A stretch of DNA of 64,000 nt from an uncultured delta proteobacterium (GTDB lineage Bacteria > Myxococcota_A > Polyangia > Palsa-1104), in contig CAWAWS010000007.1 in NCBI GenBank assembly GCA_963785725.1, positions 192,001 through 256,000 of the forward strand. Direction: 5' to 3'. The translations under genes and the position numbers were made by a program. This document shows positions 32,182 through 42,933 of this stretch, one piece after another. The notes beneath the pieces were generated by a model. That model was not told the origin of the DNA. It saw nothing but the letters and a program-made list of their open reading frames with translations, and made no database searches. How positions within the stretch are numbered: the first letter of the stretch is position 1; the number at the start of each line of letters is the position of its first letter.

Positions 32182-33327
32182 CTAATGTCCTCCGTGACCC
32201 GGTTTGGCGCGCGGCAACGCCAGCAGCTCCGCCTTTTGCTCGACGAGATGCGGCGGCAGCTCGGCGAAGACGTCGTCGAACAGCGTGTCGACATCGGGAT
32301 TCTCGAGCTCGCCCGCCTGCTTTACCGCGACGGCAATCTCGTCCGTCAATTCGCCGACGAGCCGCTCGTGCAGCGCCTCGTTCCAGATGCCGCGCTGCTC
32401 GAGGTGACGCCGCCAGCGCTCGAGCGGATCGTTCTGTTCCCACTTCTTCGGCTCGGCCGCGTCGCGATAGGCCGCCTGATCGTCCGCCGACGAATGCTCG
32501 CCGCGACGATAGGTGACCGCTTCGATCAACGTCGGTCCGTGTCCGGCGCGCGCGCGCGCGACCGCGTCCTGCATGACCGCGATGACGGCGAGCAGATCGT
32601 TGCCGTCGACGCGAATGCCCGGCATGCCGTACGCGTGCGCCTTGACGGCGATCGTCTTGGCGGCCGTCTGCTGGCTGCCCGGCGTCGAGATGGCCCAGCC
32701 GTTGTTGCGGCAGAAGAAGATGCACGGCGCCTTGAAGACGTTGGCGAAGTTGAGCCCGACATGAAACTGCCCGGTCGAGGTCGCGCCTTCGCCGAAGTAG
32801 ACGAGCGCGAGGTCGTCCTTCTTGGCGATCTTGGCGCCCATCGCCATGCCCGTCGCTTGCGGAATCTGTGTCCCGACCGGCGACGAGATCGACACGATAT
32901 TCAGCCAATTAGCCGAGTGATGCACCGGCATCTGGCGACCTTTGATGGGATCGGCCGCGTTGCCGAACAGCTGATTGGTGTACTGCTCGATGCTGTAGCC
33001 GCGCCAAAAGAACACGCCCGGCTCGCGATACGACGGGAAGATCCAGTCGCGCGCCTCGAGCGCGTAGGCGCCGCCGAAGTGCGTGGCCTCTTCTCCCGTC
33101 GACGACATGTAAAAGCCGAGCCGGCCTTGGCGCTGCAGCTTCATCATGCGGTCGTCGACGAGCCGCACTTGCAGCATGCCGCGATAGAGCGCGAGCGCGG
33201 CCACGTCCGGCACGCTGGGCGCATCGGCGCCGGGACGAATCGAGCCGTCGTCCATAAGCAGCGAGAACAGCGGGGAATCTTCGCGATTCTCGGTGGCGCT
33301 CGGCGCTGGCTGTCCCTTCACCCGCAT
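32182..33327 (-). CDS. 2-oxoacid (probably branched-chain) dehydrogenase E1 alpha subunit
   Basis: LQRQGRLGFYMSSTGEEATH, GRQMPVH, YFGEGATS..RNNGWAIS; start uncertain (33327 or 33369). Confidence 0.93.
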   Translation of the reverse strand: MRVKGQPAPSATENREDSPLFSLLMDDGSIRPGADAPSVPDVAALALYRGMLQVRLVDDRMMKLQRQGRLGFYMSSTGEEATHFGGAYALEARDWIFPSYREPGVFFWRGYSIEQYTNQLFGNAADPIKGRQMPVHHSANWLNIVSISSPVGTQIPQATGMAMGAKIAKKDDLALVYFGEGATSTGQFHVGLNFANVFKAPCIFFCRNNGWAISTPGSQQTAAKTIAVKAHAYGMPGIRVDGNDLLAVIAVMQDAVARARAGHGPTLIEAVTYRRGEHSSADDQAAYRDAAEPKKWEQNDPLERWRRHLEQRGIWNEALHERLVGELTDEIAVAVKQAGELENPDVDTLFDDVFAELPPHLVEQKAELLALPRAKPGHGGH

Positions 33328-33419
33328 CGGCTCATTCCAGTCATGCCGTCGCGGTAGTAACTGCTCCATAGTCTTAAGTCAAGGCGACAAGCGCCGATAA
33401 AGATTGCGCATTGCGTTAG

Positions 33420-34109
33420 CTACGGCGACGGGTAGCAAGTCGCGTCGAGGAGCTCGGGACGATACTCGAAATGCATGGTGTCGAAGTGGCTCCAGCGACC
33501 GCCCCAAATGAATCCTTCGGCCTCGAACGCGTCGACGATCGCCTGCGGGATCTGGTTGCGCCAGCCGTTCTTCTCCCAGCGCCAGTAGTTGCTCAGCGCC
33601 GGGTTGATGTCGATGGCGATGCCCCACGAGTGCGCGCTCGGCCGATCGGTGCCGGCGATGTTGCGCTCGTTGAGCGTGCCGCCGAGCTTCGCCAGAAACG
33701 GGCGCAGCGTGGGGTCGGCTTCCTGCGCCTTTTGCAGCCGCGCCGCGACGCGCGCGAACGCCGGCGCCGCGCGCTCGTGCACTTGCGCTTTGTGGCCGAG
33801 AAAATCGACCCGAACAATTCCTGTCTTGGGGCCGCGCTTGGGATACGCCGCGCGCAAGAGCGGATCGAGCCGCACGCGACCGGGATCCCAATCGGCGACG
33901 GTCACGGGCGCGATCGGTCCCGGCTGATAGCGCTGCAGGAACAGGTCGGCGACGTCGGGATGCTCGAGCCGCTCGTCGGCCGTCTTCGTCAGCCCGTCGT
34001 GCAGTGGGAGCTTGGTGCCGTCGGGCAGCTGCAGCGCGTCCGGCAGCGCGGTCACGCCGTAATAGCGCGCCAGACAGGCGAGCGGCGCCGGGATCGTCGC
34101 CTCATTCAC
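33420..34109 (-). CDS. M15 family metallopeptidase (D-Ala-D-Ala carboxypeptidase-like)
   Basis: R-NIAGT..SAHSWGIAIDIN, GFIWGGRWSHFDTMHFEYRPE; start uncertain. Confidence 0.88.
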   Translation of the reverse strand: MNEATIPAPLACLARYYGVTALPDALQLPDGTKLPLHDGLTKTADERLEHPDVADLFLQRYQPGPIAPVTVADWDPGRVRLDPLLRAAYPKRGPKTGIVRVDFLGHKAQVHERAAPAFARVAARLQKAQEADPTLRPFLAKLGGTLNERNIAGTDRPSAHSWGIAIDINPALSNYWRWEKNGWRNQIPQAIVDAFEAEGFIWGGRWSHFDTMHFEYRPELLDATCYPSP

Positions 34110-34161
34110 GACGCCGGGAAGCAAAAGCCAGCCGCGCAGTATCAATGATATCGTGACCACC

Positions 34162-35160
34162 ATGAGCCGTGCCCTCGTCGTTGCGTGTGCGCTGGGCTTT
34201 ACGACTGCCGCGGCGCGCGCGGAGCAACCTTATACGCCGGCGCCGGTGGAATCCGTGCCCGGCTATTTCGCGCTGCCGATGCCGTGCAAGATCAGCGAAG
34301 GCAACGAGCGGCAAGTCGTCGAGTGCAAAGATCAGCTGCTCGAGAAGAAGTCGCTGCGCGAGCTGTCGATCGCGCGCAATACGATCTACGCGCGTTACGG
34401 CTGGGACGGCTATCGCAAGCCGTGGCTGCGCGAGTATTTCCACGCGCAGCCGTGGTTCAAGCCGAACCCGAAGTTCAGCTACAAGCAGCTGAGCGACTTC
34501 GATCGCAAGAACGCGCACTTCATCGGCGTACGCGAGCAGTCGCTGGGCTCGACGGAGCTGTATCACATGCGCGACGACATCTACGCGCATTACGGCCGCA
34601 TCTGGGACGACTTGCCGGAGTGGACGCTCAAGAACGGCAAGGTCGTGCGCGCGTGCGATCGGCCGGACGACATCGACCCGAGCGCCGGTTACAACGACGA
34701 GGATCAGCCGAGCCGGCAGTGCGAGTACCTGCAGACGAAGTGGTACAAGCCGAACAAGCACTATTCGCCCGATCAGATCTCGGCCACCGACAAGATCGAG
34801 CTCGGCCTCATCGCGCGGGCGATGGGCGAGTTCGCGCTCGACGAGCAGGCGCGCGGCAAGAGCGAGGCGTCACTCGATCGGCTGCTGACGCTGACCGAGC
34901 TCCGGCAGCTGTCGTTGCGCGATCTGCGGCTCCTGCGCAACACGATCTACGCGCGCCGCGGTCGCCCGTTCAAGTCCGAGGTCATTCGCGATCACTTCAA
35001 GGGCATGGATTGGTACAAGGCTCGCGCCGACTACAACGACAAGCTGTTGAGCGCCAATGACGTCCGCAACATCGGCCTCATCAAGACCGTCGAGAACGAG
35101 CTGGGCGGGCCGCTCACCGACGAGGATTGGCTGACCGAGCCAGTCAGCGACGGCGCTTGA
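34162..35160 (+). CDS. Secreted YARHG-domain protein
   Basis: RNTIYARYG, DDIYAHYG, RNTIYARRG; signal peptide. Confidence 0.88.
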   Translation: MSRALVVACALGFTTAAARAEQPYTPAPVESVPGYFALPMPCKISEGNERQVVECKDQLLEKKSLRELSIARNTIYARYGWDGYRKPWLREYFHAQPWFKPNPKFSYKQLSDFDRKNAHFIGVREQSLGSTELYHMRDDIYAHYGRIWDDLPEWTLKNGKVVRACDRPDDIDPSAGYNDEDQPSRQCEYLQTKWYKPNKHYSPDQISATDKIELGLIARAMGEFALDEQARGKSEASLDRLLTLTELRQLSLRDLRLLRNTIYARRGRPFKSEVIRDHFKGMDWYKARADYNDKLLSANDVRNIGLIKTVENELGGPLTDEDWLTEPVSDGA

Positions 35161-35196
35161 TGAGCGCCAACCGCTCCGTGTGAGCGGCTCGTGAAG

Positions 35197-36111
35197 TCAG
35201 CGTAAGCGAAGGCGATCGCCGTCGCCTGCATGTTCGATCGTCACGTCGCTGCCGAGATCGTGCGACAGCTGCAGGAGGAGCGCGGTCAAGCCGGGGTCGT
35301 GCGCGCGGCGCGGCGGCTGGCCGAGGCCGGCCACGAGCGGCGTCAGCGTGACGTCACGCGCGGCGCCGTCGCCGTCGAGCGCGAAGTCGAGCATGACGGC
35401 GTCGCTGACGTCGGTGCACGCGCAGCCGAAGGCGAAGTTGCCGAGCGAGTAGGCGATGACGGCGCGGCCGCGGCGTTCGATCCCTTGCGCCGTGTGCGGG
35501 CCGTGGCCGATGACGGCGCTGGCGCCGGCGTCGACGAGCCGCGCGGCCAAGCGGCGCTGGGCGTCGTCGGGCACGTAGAGGCCGGTGTGACCCCAATGCA
35601 GCGACACGAGCGTCGGTCGCGCGGCGTGCGCGACGGCGGCGACGAGCGCGTCGGCCGCGGCGTCATCCAGCGGCGCCTCGGGCGCGAATTGGCGGGTGAT
35701 GATGGTGACGCGCCGGCCGCGCCGAACGATGACGGCGTCGCGGCTTTCGTAAGCCGCGGCGACGCCGGCTCGGGCGAGCGCGCGCACGGTGTCGTCGCGG
35801 CCGGCGGCGCCCTGGTCGAGCGCGTGATTGTTGGCGAGCGCCACGACATCGACGCGCTCACGCAGCCACTCGGCACGCTCGGGCGCAAACACAAAGCAAT
35901 CGTCGGCGCCCGAGCCGACCGACCGGCGCGTCGTCAGCGGGCCTTCCAGGTTCACGAAACGAACGTCACCGACGAGTAGGCGTTCGGCGAACGGCGACGT
36001 CGTCAACGTCGGGCCCAGCTGCACGTCGCCCGCGGCCGCGACGTGCAGCGGCTTGGCCGCGCAACCGGCGACGGCGAGCGCCATCGTGCAGGCGATCGAT
36101 GCTATGGTCAC
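35197..36111 (-). CDS. CapA (PGA_cap) family metallophosphoesterase lipoprotein
   Basis: AGDV, NLEGPL, LANNHALDQG, SLHWG, GHGPH, YSLGNF. Confidence 0.9.
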   Translation of the reverse strand: MTIASIACTMALAVAGCAAKPLHVAAAGDVQLGPTLTTSPFAERLLVGDVRFVNLEGPLTTRRSVGSGADDCFVFAPERAEWLRERVDVVALANNHALDQGAAGRDDTVRALARAGVAAAYESRDAVIVRRGRRVTIITRQFAPEAPLDDAAADALVAAVAHAARPTLVSLHWGHTGLYVPDDAQRRLAARLVDAGASAVIGHGPHTAQGIERRGRAVIAYSLGNFAFGCACTDVSDAVMLDFALDGDGAARDVTLTPLVAGLGQPPRRAHDPGLTALLLQLSHDLGSDVTIEHAGDGDRLRLR

Positions 36112-36117
36112 GACGCG

Positions 36118-36693
36118 ATGGAGCTCATCGTTCTCGGCTTGGTCGCCGGCATCGGCTTCGCGTCCTACGCGCTCTGGCAAAAGGCGCGCAAGGACGAGGG
36201 CGAGGCGTTGACCGCCGAGAAGAAGCGGCTGCAAGCGCCCGCCGATCGCTCGCCGACGACGATGCAAGTGGGCGACGTCGTCCAGCACCTCGGCAGCGAC
36301 TTCGTCGTCGAGGGCATCGTCACCTTCAGCGAAGACGGCCACGGCGCGCGGCTCTATCGCATGTTCGACGGCGGCGGCGAGCGCTTCTTGTTCGCCAAGC
36401 CCGGCGGCGGCGACCCGCTCTTGCTCGGCCCGGCGGTCATCGCCATCGACGGCGACCCGCCCGAAGCGCTCAGCCACGACGGCGGTGCCTACCGCTTGAC
36501 CGCGCGCATGCAGGGCTCGGCCATCCGCGTCGGTCAGCTCGGCGCGCGCAAGCCGGGCGACAAAGCGCGCCTCTTCGAATACGCCGGTCCCGGCCCGGCG
36601 CGGCTCCTCCTCGTCGACTGGGGCGAGCGCGTCGAAGCCTTCGCCGGCGAGCGCATCTTGACCCACGCGCTCGACATCCTCCCCGGCCGCTGA
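36118..36693 (+). CDS. DUF4178-like protein with N-terminal TM
   Basis: N-terminal anchor, MQVGDVVQHLGSDFVVEG pattern. Confidence 0.7.
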   Translation: MELIVLGLVAGIGFASYALWQKARKDEGEALTAEKKRLQAPADRSPTTMQVGDVVQHLGSDFVVEGIVTFSEDGHGARLYRMFDGGGERFLFAKPGGGDPLLLGPAVIAIDGDPPEALSHDGGAYRLTARMQGSAIRVGQLGARKPGDKARLFEYAGPGPARLLLVDWGERVEAFAGERILTHALDILPGR

Positions 36694-36699
36694 CGTCCG

Positions 36700-37215
36700 T
36701 CAGCGCGGCCGGTTGGGTCCGCCGACGAGATGCAGCTCCAGCTCGTTGTAAGCCTGGGTCAGCGACATCGTCAGCTGCGTCGCCGTCTTGTGCTTCTGCG
36801 GATTGCCGATGTGCAGGTCGGGATGATATTTGCGCATCAGCCGGCGAAACGACGTCTTCACCTCGGCAAACGGCGCGCCGTACGGCGTCTCCAGCTGCGC
36901 ATAGAGCTCGCGCAGCCGCTTGTCCGAGGGCCCGAAGCCGAACCCGAACGACGGCGGGATCTTCCGCTGTTGCTGCTGCTGCCGCGGTGGCGGCGCCGTG
37001 CCGTTGGCCGCGCCGCGCGCCCGGGCCGTGTCGGCCGCGCGCTGCGCCGCCGCGCGCTCTTCGTCCTCGCGCCGCCGGCGCTCGCGCCGCCGCTGCAGCT
37101 CGGCCTCGAGCTCGTCGTCGCTCAAGTCGCCGATCGACGTCTCGCCGCCCGCCTTGTCGAGCAGCGCGTTCAAATTCGAGCGCGCCAGATCGAAGATGCG
37201 CTTGCTCAAGCTCAT
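36700..37215 (-). CDS. J-domain (DnaJ-like) protein
   Basis: C-terminal FRRLMRKYHPD. Confidence 0.9.
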   Translation of the reverse strand: MSLSKRIFDLARSNLNALLDKAGGETSIGDLSDDELEAELQRRRERRRREDEERAAAQRAADTARARGAANGTAPPPRQQQQQRKIPPSFGFGFGPSDKRLRELYAQLETPYGAPFAEVKTSFRRLMRKYHPDLHIGNPQKHKTATQLTMSLTQAYNELELHLVGGPNRPR

Positions 37216-37576
37216 CGGCGCGAGCTCGCAGCCGACGACATCGTCACCGTCGTGCGCTCGATGCGCTCTTTGACCGCCCGGCCGATCAGCTTGACCGACT
37301 CCGGCGACAGCCCGCGAAACGCGACGCCCATGCCGAGCGGCCGCTGACTGCAGCGCACCACCTCGCCCGCCGCCTCGACGACGTGCAGCTCGTCGAGGAT
37401 CAGGCTGAACTTCAAATTCACCCGCGTCCCCACCGGCAGCGGATCCTTGGACTTGATGAACACGCCCGTCGACGAGATATCGGCCACATACTCGTTGATG
37501 TACGCTTCCACCGGCGCGAACTCCTCGTTGATGGGTACGCGCCTCGCCCGCGGAATCTGCCTCGGCGGGGACTCTT

Positions 37577-37580
<4 letters not shown>
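37212..37580 (-). CDS. PilZ domain protein (TIGR02266 type)
   Basis: RARRVP, DISSTGVFI, LPVGTRV, GMGVAF; GTGA overlap with the Rne/Rng stop. Confidence 0.85.
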
Positions 37581-39146
<1,566 letters not shown>

Positions 39147-39310
39147 GTTTCATCCAATCTCTAGAAGCAGAGTCTATGCAAAAAGTTTCGCGCCCCATCG
39201 TGAATCAGGACTCGGATGTCAGAGCGATCGGAGGGCGCAACCGTGATCGCCCTATTCGGGTAACACGTTAAGCCGCGTCGAACAAGCGTTTTACCGTCTT
39301 CGCCGTAGGG

Positions 39311-39326
39311 TGGCACATGCGTTGCT
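39311..39326 (+). promoter_or_regulatory. Consensus sigma54 promoter
   Basis: TGGCAC-ATGCG-TTGCT, an exact match to TGGCAC-N5-TTGCW. Confidence 0.8.
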
Positions 39327-39336
39327 CTACACCCTG

Positions 39337-39501
39337 GCAATTGCAGCTTCGTTCGGGCGTTATTCTCGACTAACTCCGCCCGGGCGTAAGCGAATTCTTA
39401 GCCGCAGTCGCGTAGCAGCAACCTGCGATCTATTTCCTAGTTTGCTTTCTAGTTTGGGAGCCCTGGCGGGTCGGACCACTCGCCGGGGCTCACTCATTTT
39501 T
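39337..39501 (+). ncRNA. Candidate sigma54-dependent small RNA (~165 nt)
   Basis: Lies between the promoter and a terminator; two hairpins plus a pyrimidine-rich single-stranded tract; no credible ORF. Confidence 0.55.
39458..39501 (+). terminator. Intrinsic terminator-like hairpin
   Basis: 14-bp stem gagccctggcgggt/actcgccggggctc (2 G-U), followed by actcattttt. Confidence 0.65.
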
Positions 39502-39544
39502 GGGGCTCGCGTTTGTGCCGCGGCTTGATAAGGTCCGCGGCCAC

Positions 39545-40513
39545 ATGCGAATCCTTCTGACTGGCGCGACCGGCTTTGTGGGCTCGCACGTGGCGCGGGC
39601 ATTGGTGGCGGCGGGGCATCAGGTTCGCGCGCTGGCGCGGCCGACGTCTTCGCGGGCGCTGCTCGACGACGTGCCCGAGCTCGAGTGGGTGACCGGCGAC
39701 GTCATGGACTCGCCGTCGCTGACGGCGGCCGTGCGCGATCGCGAGGCGGTGGTGCACGCGGCGGCGGTCGTCGGCTTCTCGCCGCGCGCGGCCGAGCGGC
39801 AGCGCGCCATCAACGTCGAAGGCACGCGCCGCCTCATCGACGCGGCCAAAGCGGCGGGCGTGCAGCGCTTCGTGCACACGTCGTCGGTGTCGGCGGTCGG
39901 CAAGACGCCCGAAGGCTCGATCTCCGACGAGACGGCGCGCTACGACTGGCCGCCGGGCATGCCCTACAACGAGACCAAGCGCGACTCCGAGCGGCTGGTG
40001 CAGAAGACCGAAGGGCTGACGACGATCTGCTTGAGCCCGGCCTTGGTGTTCGGCCCCGGCGACGTCTTCAAGCGCACGCTGGGCCTGTTTCGGCTGGTGA
40101 AGTGGGGCCTATTGCCGGTCGTGCCGCCGGGCGGAACGACGATCTGCGACGTGCGCGACGTGGCCGAAGCGCACGTGAGCGCGCTGACGCAGGGAGAATC
40201 GGGCCAGCGCTACATTCTCGGCGGTCCGCACCTGACGTTCCGCCAGCTGGCGACGACGGTGGCGGAAGTGACCGGCGGGGCGCGGCCGTTGGCGGCGTTG
40301 CCGGCGAGCGTCGTGCACGCCGTCGAGGTGCCGCTGGCGGCGATCGGGCGCTTCTTGCCGCTGCCCGTCGGCGTCGGCACGCTCGAATATCTGACGAACT
40401 TCGGCTATTACGCGTCGGCGAAGGCGGAAGCGGCGCTCGGCTATCGCACGCGCGCCGCCGCCGAGACGCTCGCCGATTCCGCGCGCTGGTACGGCGCGCA
40501 AGGCGTGCTGTAA
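39545..40513 (+). CDS. NAD-dependent epimerase/dehydratase (HpnA/DFR-like extended SDR)
   Basis: TGATGFVG, VHTSSVS, YNETK. Confidence 0.92.
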   Translation: MRILLTGATGFVGSHVARALVAAGHQVRALARPTSSRALLDDVPELEWVTGDVMDSPSLTAAVRDREAVVHAAAVVGFSPRAAERQRAINVEGTRRLIDAAKAAGVQRFVHTSSVSAVGKTPEGSISDETARYDWPPGMPYNETKRDSERLVQKTEGLTTICLSPALVFGPGDVFKRTLGLFRLVKWGLLPVVPPGGTTICDVRDVAEAHVSALTQGESGQRYILGGPHLTFRQLATTVAEVTGGARPLAALPASVVHAVEVPLAAIGRFLPLPVGVGTLEYLTNFGYYASAKAEAALGYRTRAAAETLADSARWYGAQGVL

Positions 40514-40514
40514 A

Positions 40515-40961
40515 TCAGTGGCTTTGGCCGAGGCGCGTCAGTAGGACGAGCGCGCCCGACACGAGCGCGACGGCGATGCCGCTGAACAGCACGTCGTGCG
40601 GATCGGCGTGCGTCTCGAGACGCTCGAGGAACGACACCGCCATCGCCAAGATCACGATGCCGGCCACCTTCGCCTTCAGCGCGTCGAGGTCGCGAATGAC
40701 GAGCCAGCTCGGCAGCGCGATGTCGCCGATGAACAGCTCGTAGAGCCCGAGCGCGAAGATGAGCAGGCCCGACGCGATCAAGAACGCGTCCATGACGGCG
40801 ACGAGCGCGACCGCCATGCTGTCGACTTCGCCGTGGAGGAGCAGGAAGAGCACGGCGACCGTCTTGTAGCTGCCCCAGCCGAAAGCGGCCAGCGCGGCCA
40901 CGAGGCCGAAGACGACGCCGATGAGGGCGATGTAGCGAACAGAGGCGATGACGCGTCCCAT
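40515..40961 (-). CDS. YqhA/UPF0114 family membrane protein
   Basis: DAFLIA..GLYELFI..WLVIRDLDALKAK. Confidence 0.88.
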   Translation of the reverse strand: MGRVIASVRYIALIGVVFGLVAALAAFGWGSYKTVAVLFLLLHGEVDSMAVALVAVMDAFLIASGLLIFALGLYELFIGDIALPSWLVIRDLDALKAKVAGIVILAMAVSFLERLETHADPHDVLFSGIAVALVSGALVLLTRLGQSH

Positions 40962-41031
40962 GCGCGTTCAGCCTAAGCTTGGATTGTGGCGGGGGCTACT
41001 TTCGCGGGCGGATGTTTCGGGAATCGCGGGA

Positions 41032-42843
41032 TTACTTGCGCAGCGAGACGTAGCCGGCGCCGATGGACGCCAGCGCGTTCATCGCCAGCCAGATCGCCGG
41101 AATGGCGACGGTGCCGGCGATGAGCGCGAACGCCAAGTGCGCGCCGACGCCGAGCGCGAAGCCGGCCGCGATGCGCCGTCCGCGCGTCGAGCCGTAGAGC
41201 AGCAGCATCGCCGACAGCGGCGCCAGCGCCGAATGGAACAGCCACGCACCGGGCGTGCCGAGGACCGCCGGCTCCCACGCCGGGAAGCCGTGCGCCAAGA
41301 TCGCGGCCGCCGGCAGGTGAATCAGCTGCGGCAAGAAGAAGAGACCGCTGGCGCCGACGACGAGCGCGCCGAAGCCGCCCGCGCCAAGACCCAGCGCCAG
41401 CATGCCCAACCGACGCAGCCGCAGCATGAGGAGCGCCGCCAGACCGAGCGCGCCCGCCAACTCCAGCCCGCCGTAACCGAGCTGCGCCTTCTTGACCGCC
41501 GCCGCCGCGTCGACGATGCCGGCGCCGTAGCGGTTCTGCTTGTCCTTGGGCGCGATCTTCGGCTGCCGCGCCGTGTCCTTCAGGATCTTCTCGACCGCGT
41601 CCGGATCGGTCACGCCCTGTCCGACGACGAGCGCGGCCACGCCGGCGATGTGCGGCGACGCCATCGACGTGCCCATGAACCACAAGTAGTCGTTCCGCGA
41701 GATGTCGCCGGGGACGATCGTGTTCTGCAGGACGCCGTCGGGCTGACCGTCGCCGTTCTGGTCGACGCGGGTGTTGCCGCCCGGCGCCGCGATGTCGATC
41801 TCTTTGCCCCAGTTCGAGTAGAAGGTCGTCGTCTCGTCGAACTGCGTGGAGGCGACGGCGATGGCGTGCGGATAGGCCGCCGGGTAGCTGACCTTGCCGC
41901 GGCCGTCGTTGCCGGCGGCGCAGACGACGACGACGCCTTTGTCGTGCGCGTATTTGACGGCTTTGGCGAGCACCGACGAGGCCATCGGACCGCCGAGCGA
42001 CATGTTGATGACCTTGGCGCCGTGATCGGCGGCCCAGCGGATGCCGTTGGCGATGCCGCTCACCGAGCCCGAGCCGCGCGCCGAGAGCACCTTGATCGGC
42101 ATGATCTTGGCGTGGAACGCGACGCCGGCGACGCCGATGCCGTTGTGCGTCGACTGCGCGATGGTGCCCGCGACGTGCGTGCCGTGGCCGTGATCGTCGG
42201 CGGCGTTGGCGGTGTCGTTGACGAAGTTCCAGCCGCCGATGATCTGTCCGTCGGCGAGATCGGGCACCTTGGCGACGCCGGTGTCGATGACGGCGACGAT
42301 GACGCCGTCGCCCTGCGCCGCTTTCCAGGTGTCGACCATGTGGATCTGGTGCAAGTGCCACTGCTGGTTGAAGCGCGGATCGTTGGGGAAGTCCTTGTGC
42401 TGCACGACGTTGTCGCCGTCGGCGATGGCTTCGTCGGCGGCGTCGAGCGCGTCCTCGGGCAGGCCGTAGACGAACTCGAAGTCGGCGGCCTCGACGTCGC
42501 TGTTGGCGCGCAGCGTGGCCAAGACGCGCGCGGCGTCGCCGGTCGCGACGGTGTAGATCTCGTTGACGTCGACTTCGCTCTTGGCGGCCGGCGTGAAGGT
42601 CACGCCCAGCTGCTTACCGAGCGCCGCGATGCGGTCGTGCGGCTCGTCGTCGCGGAAGTCGACGACCAGCTCGCCCGGAATGGCGTTGGCAGCGCCTTCG
42701 TCGTCGAGCTGCGCGACGGGGACGACGTCAGTGTGGTTGGACGTTAGGGCCTGGTCTCGTCCGCGGCGCGATCGCCACACGAGCGCCAAGCCGACGAGGA
42801 TCAACAGCACGATCAGACGCGTGGTGCGGGTCTTCTTGAGCAC
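41032..42843 (-). CDS. S8 subtilisin-like peptidase with C-terminal multi-TM domain
   Basis: VAVIDTG, HGTHVAG, GTSMASPH triad. Confidence 0.94.
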   Translation of the reverse strand: MLKKTRTTRLIVLLILVGLALVWRSRRGRDQALTSNHTDVVPVAQLDDEGAANAIPGELVVDFRDDEPHDRIAALGKQLGVTFTPAAKSEVDVNEIYTVATGDAARVLATLRANSDVEAADFEFVYGLPEDALDAADEAIADGDNVVQHKDFPNDPRFNQQWHLHQIHMVDTWKAAQGDGVIVAVIDTGVAKVPDLADGQIIGGWNFVNDTANAADDHGHGTHVAGTIAQSTHNGIGVAGVAFHAKIMPIKVLSARGSGSVSGIANGIRWAADHGAKVINMSLGGPMASSVLAKAVKYAHDKGVVVVCAAGNDGRGKVSYPAAYPHAIAVASTQFDETTTFYSNWGKEIDIAAPGGNTRVDQNGDGQPDGVLQNTIVPGDISRNDYLWFMGTSMASPHIAGVAALVVGQGVTDPDAVEKILKDTARQPKIAPKDKQNRYGAGIVDAAAAVKKAQLGYGGLELAGALGLAALLMLRLRRLGMLALGLGAGGFGALVVGASGLFFLPQLIHLPAAAILAHGFPAWEPAVLGTPGAWLFHSALAPLSAMLLLYGSTRGRRIAAGFALGVGAHLAFALIAGTVAIPAIWLAMNALASIGAGYVSLRK

Positions 42844-42933
42844 GACAGGCCTCCGCTATCTCGATTATATACGCCGTTTCCCAGCCGCGCCTCCCCCATT
42901 TGGCTGGTTTGGAGAGGCATGGCGCACGTTTGC

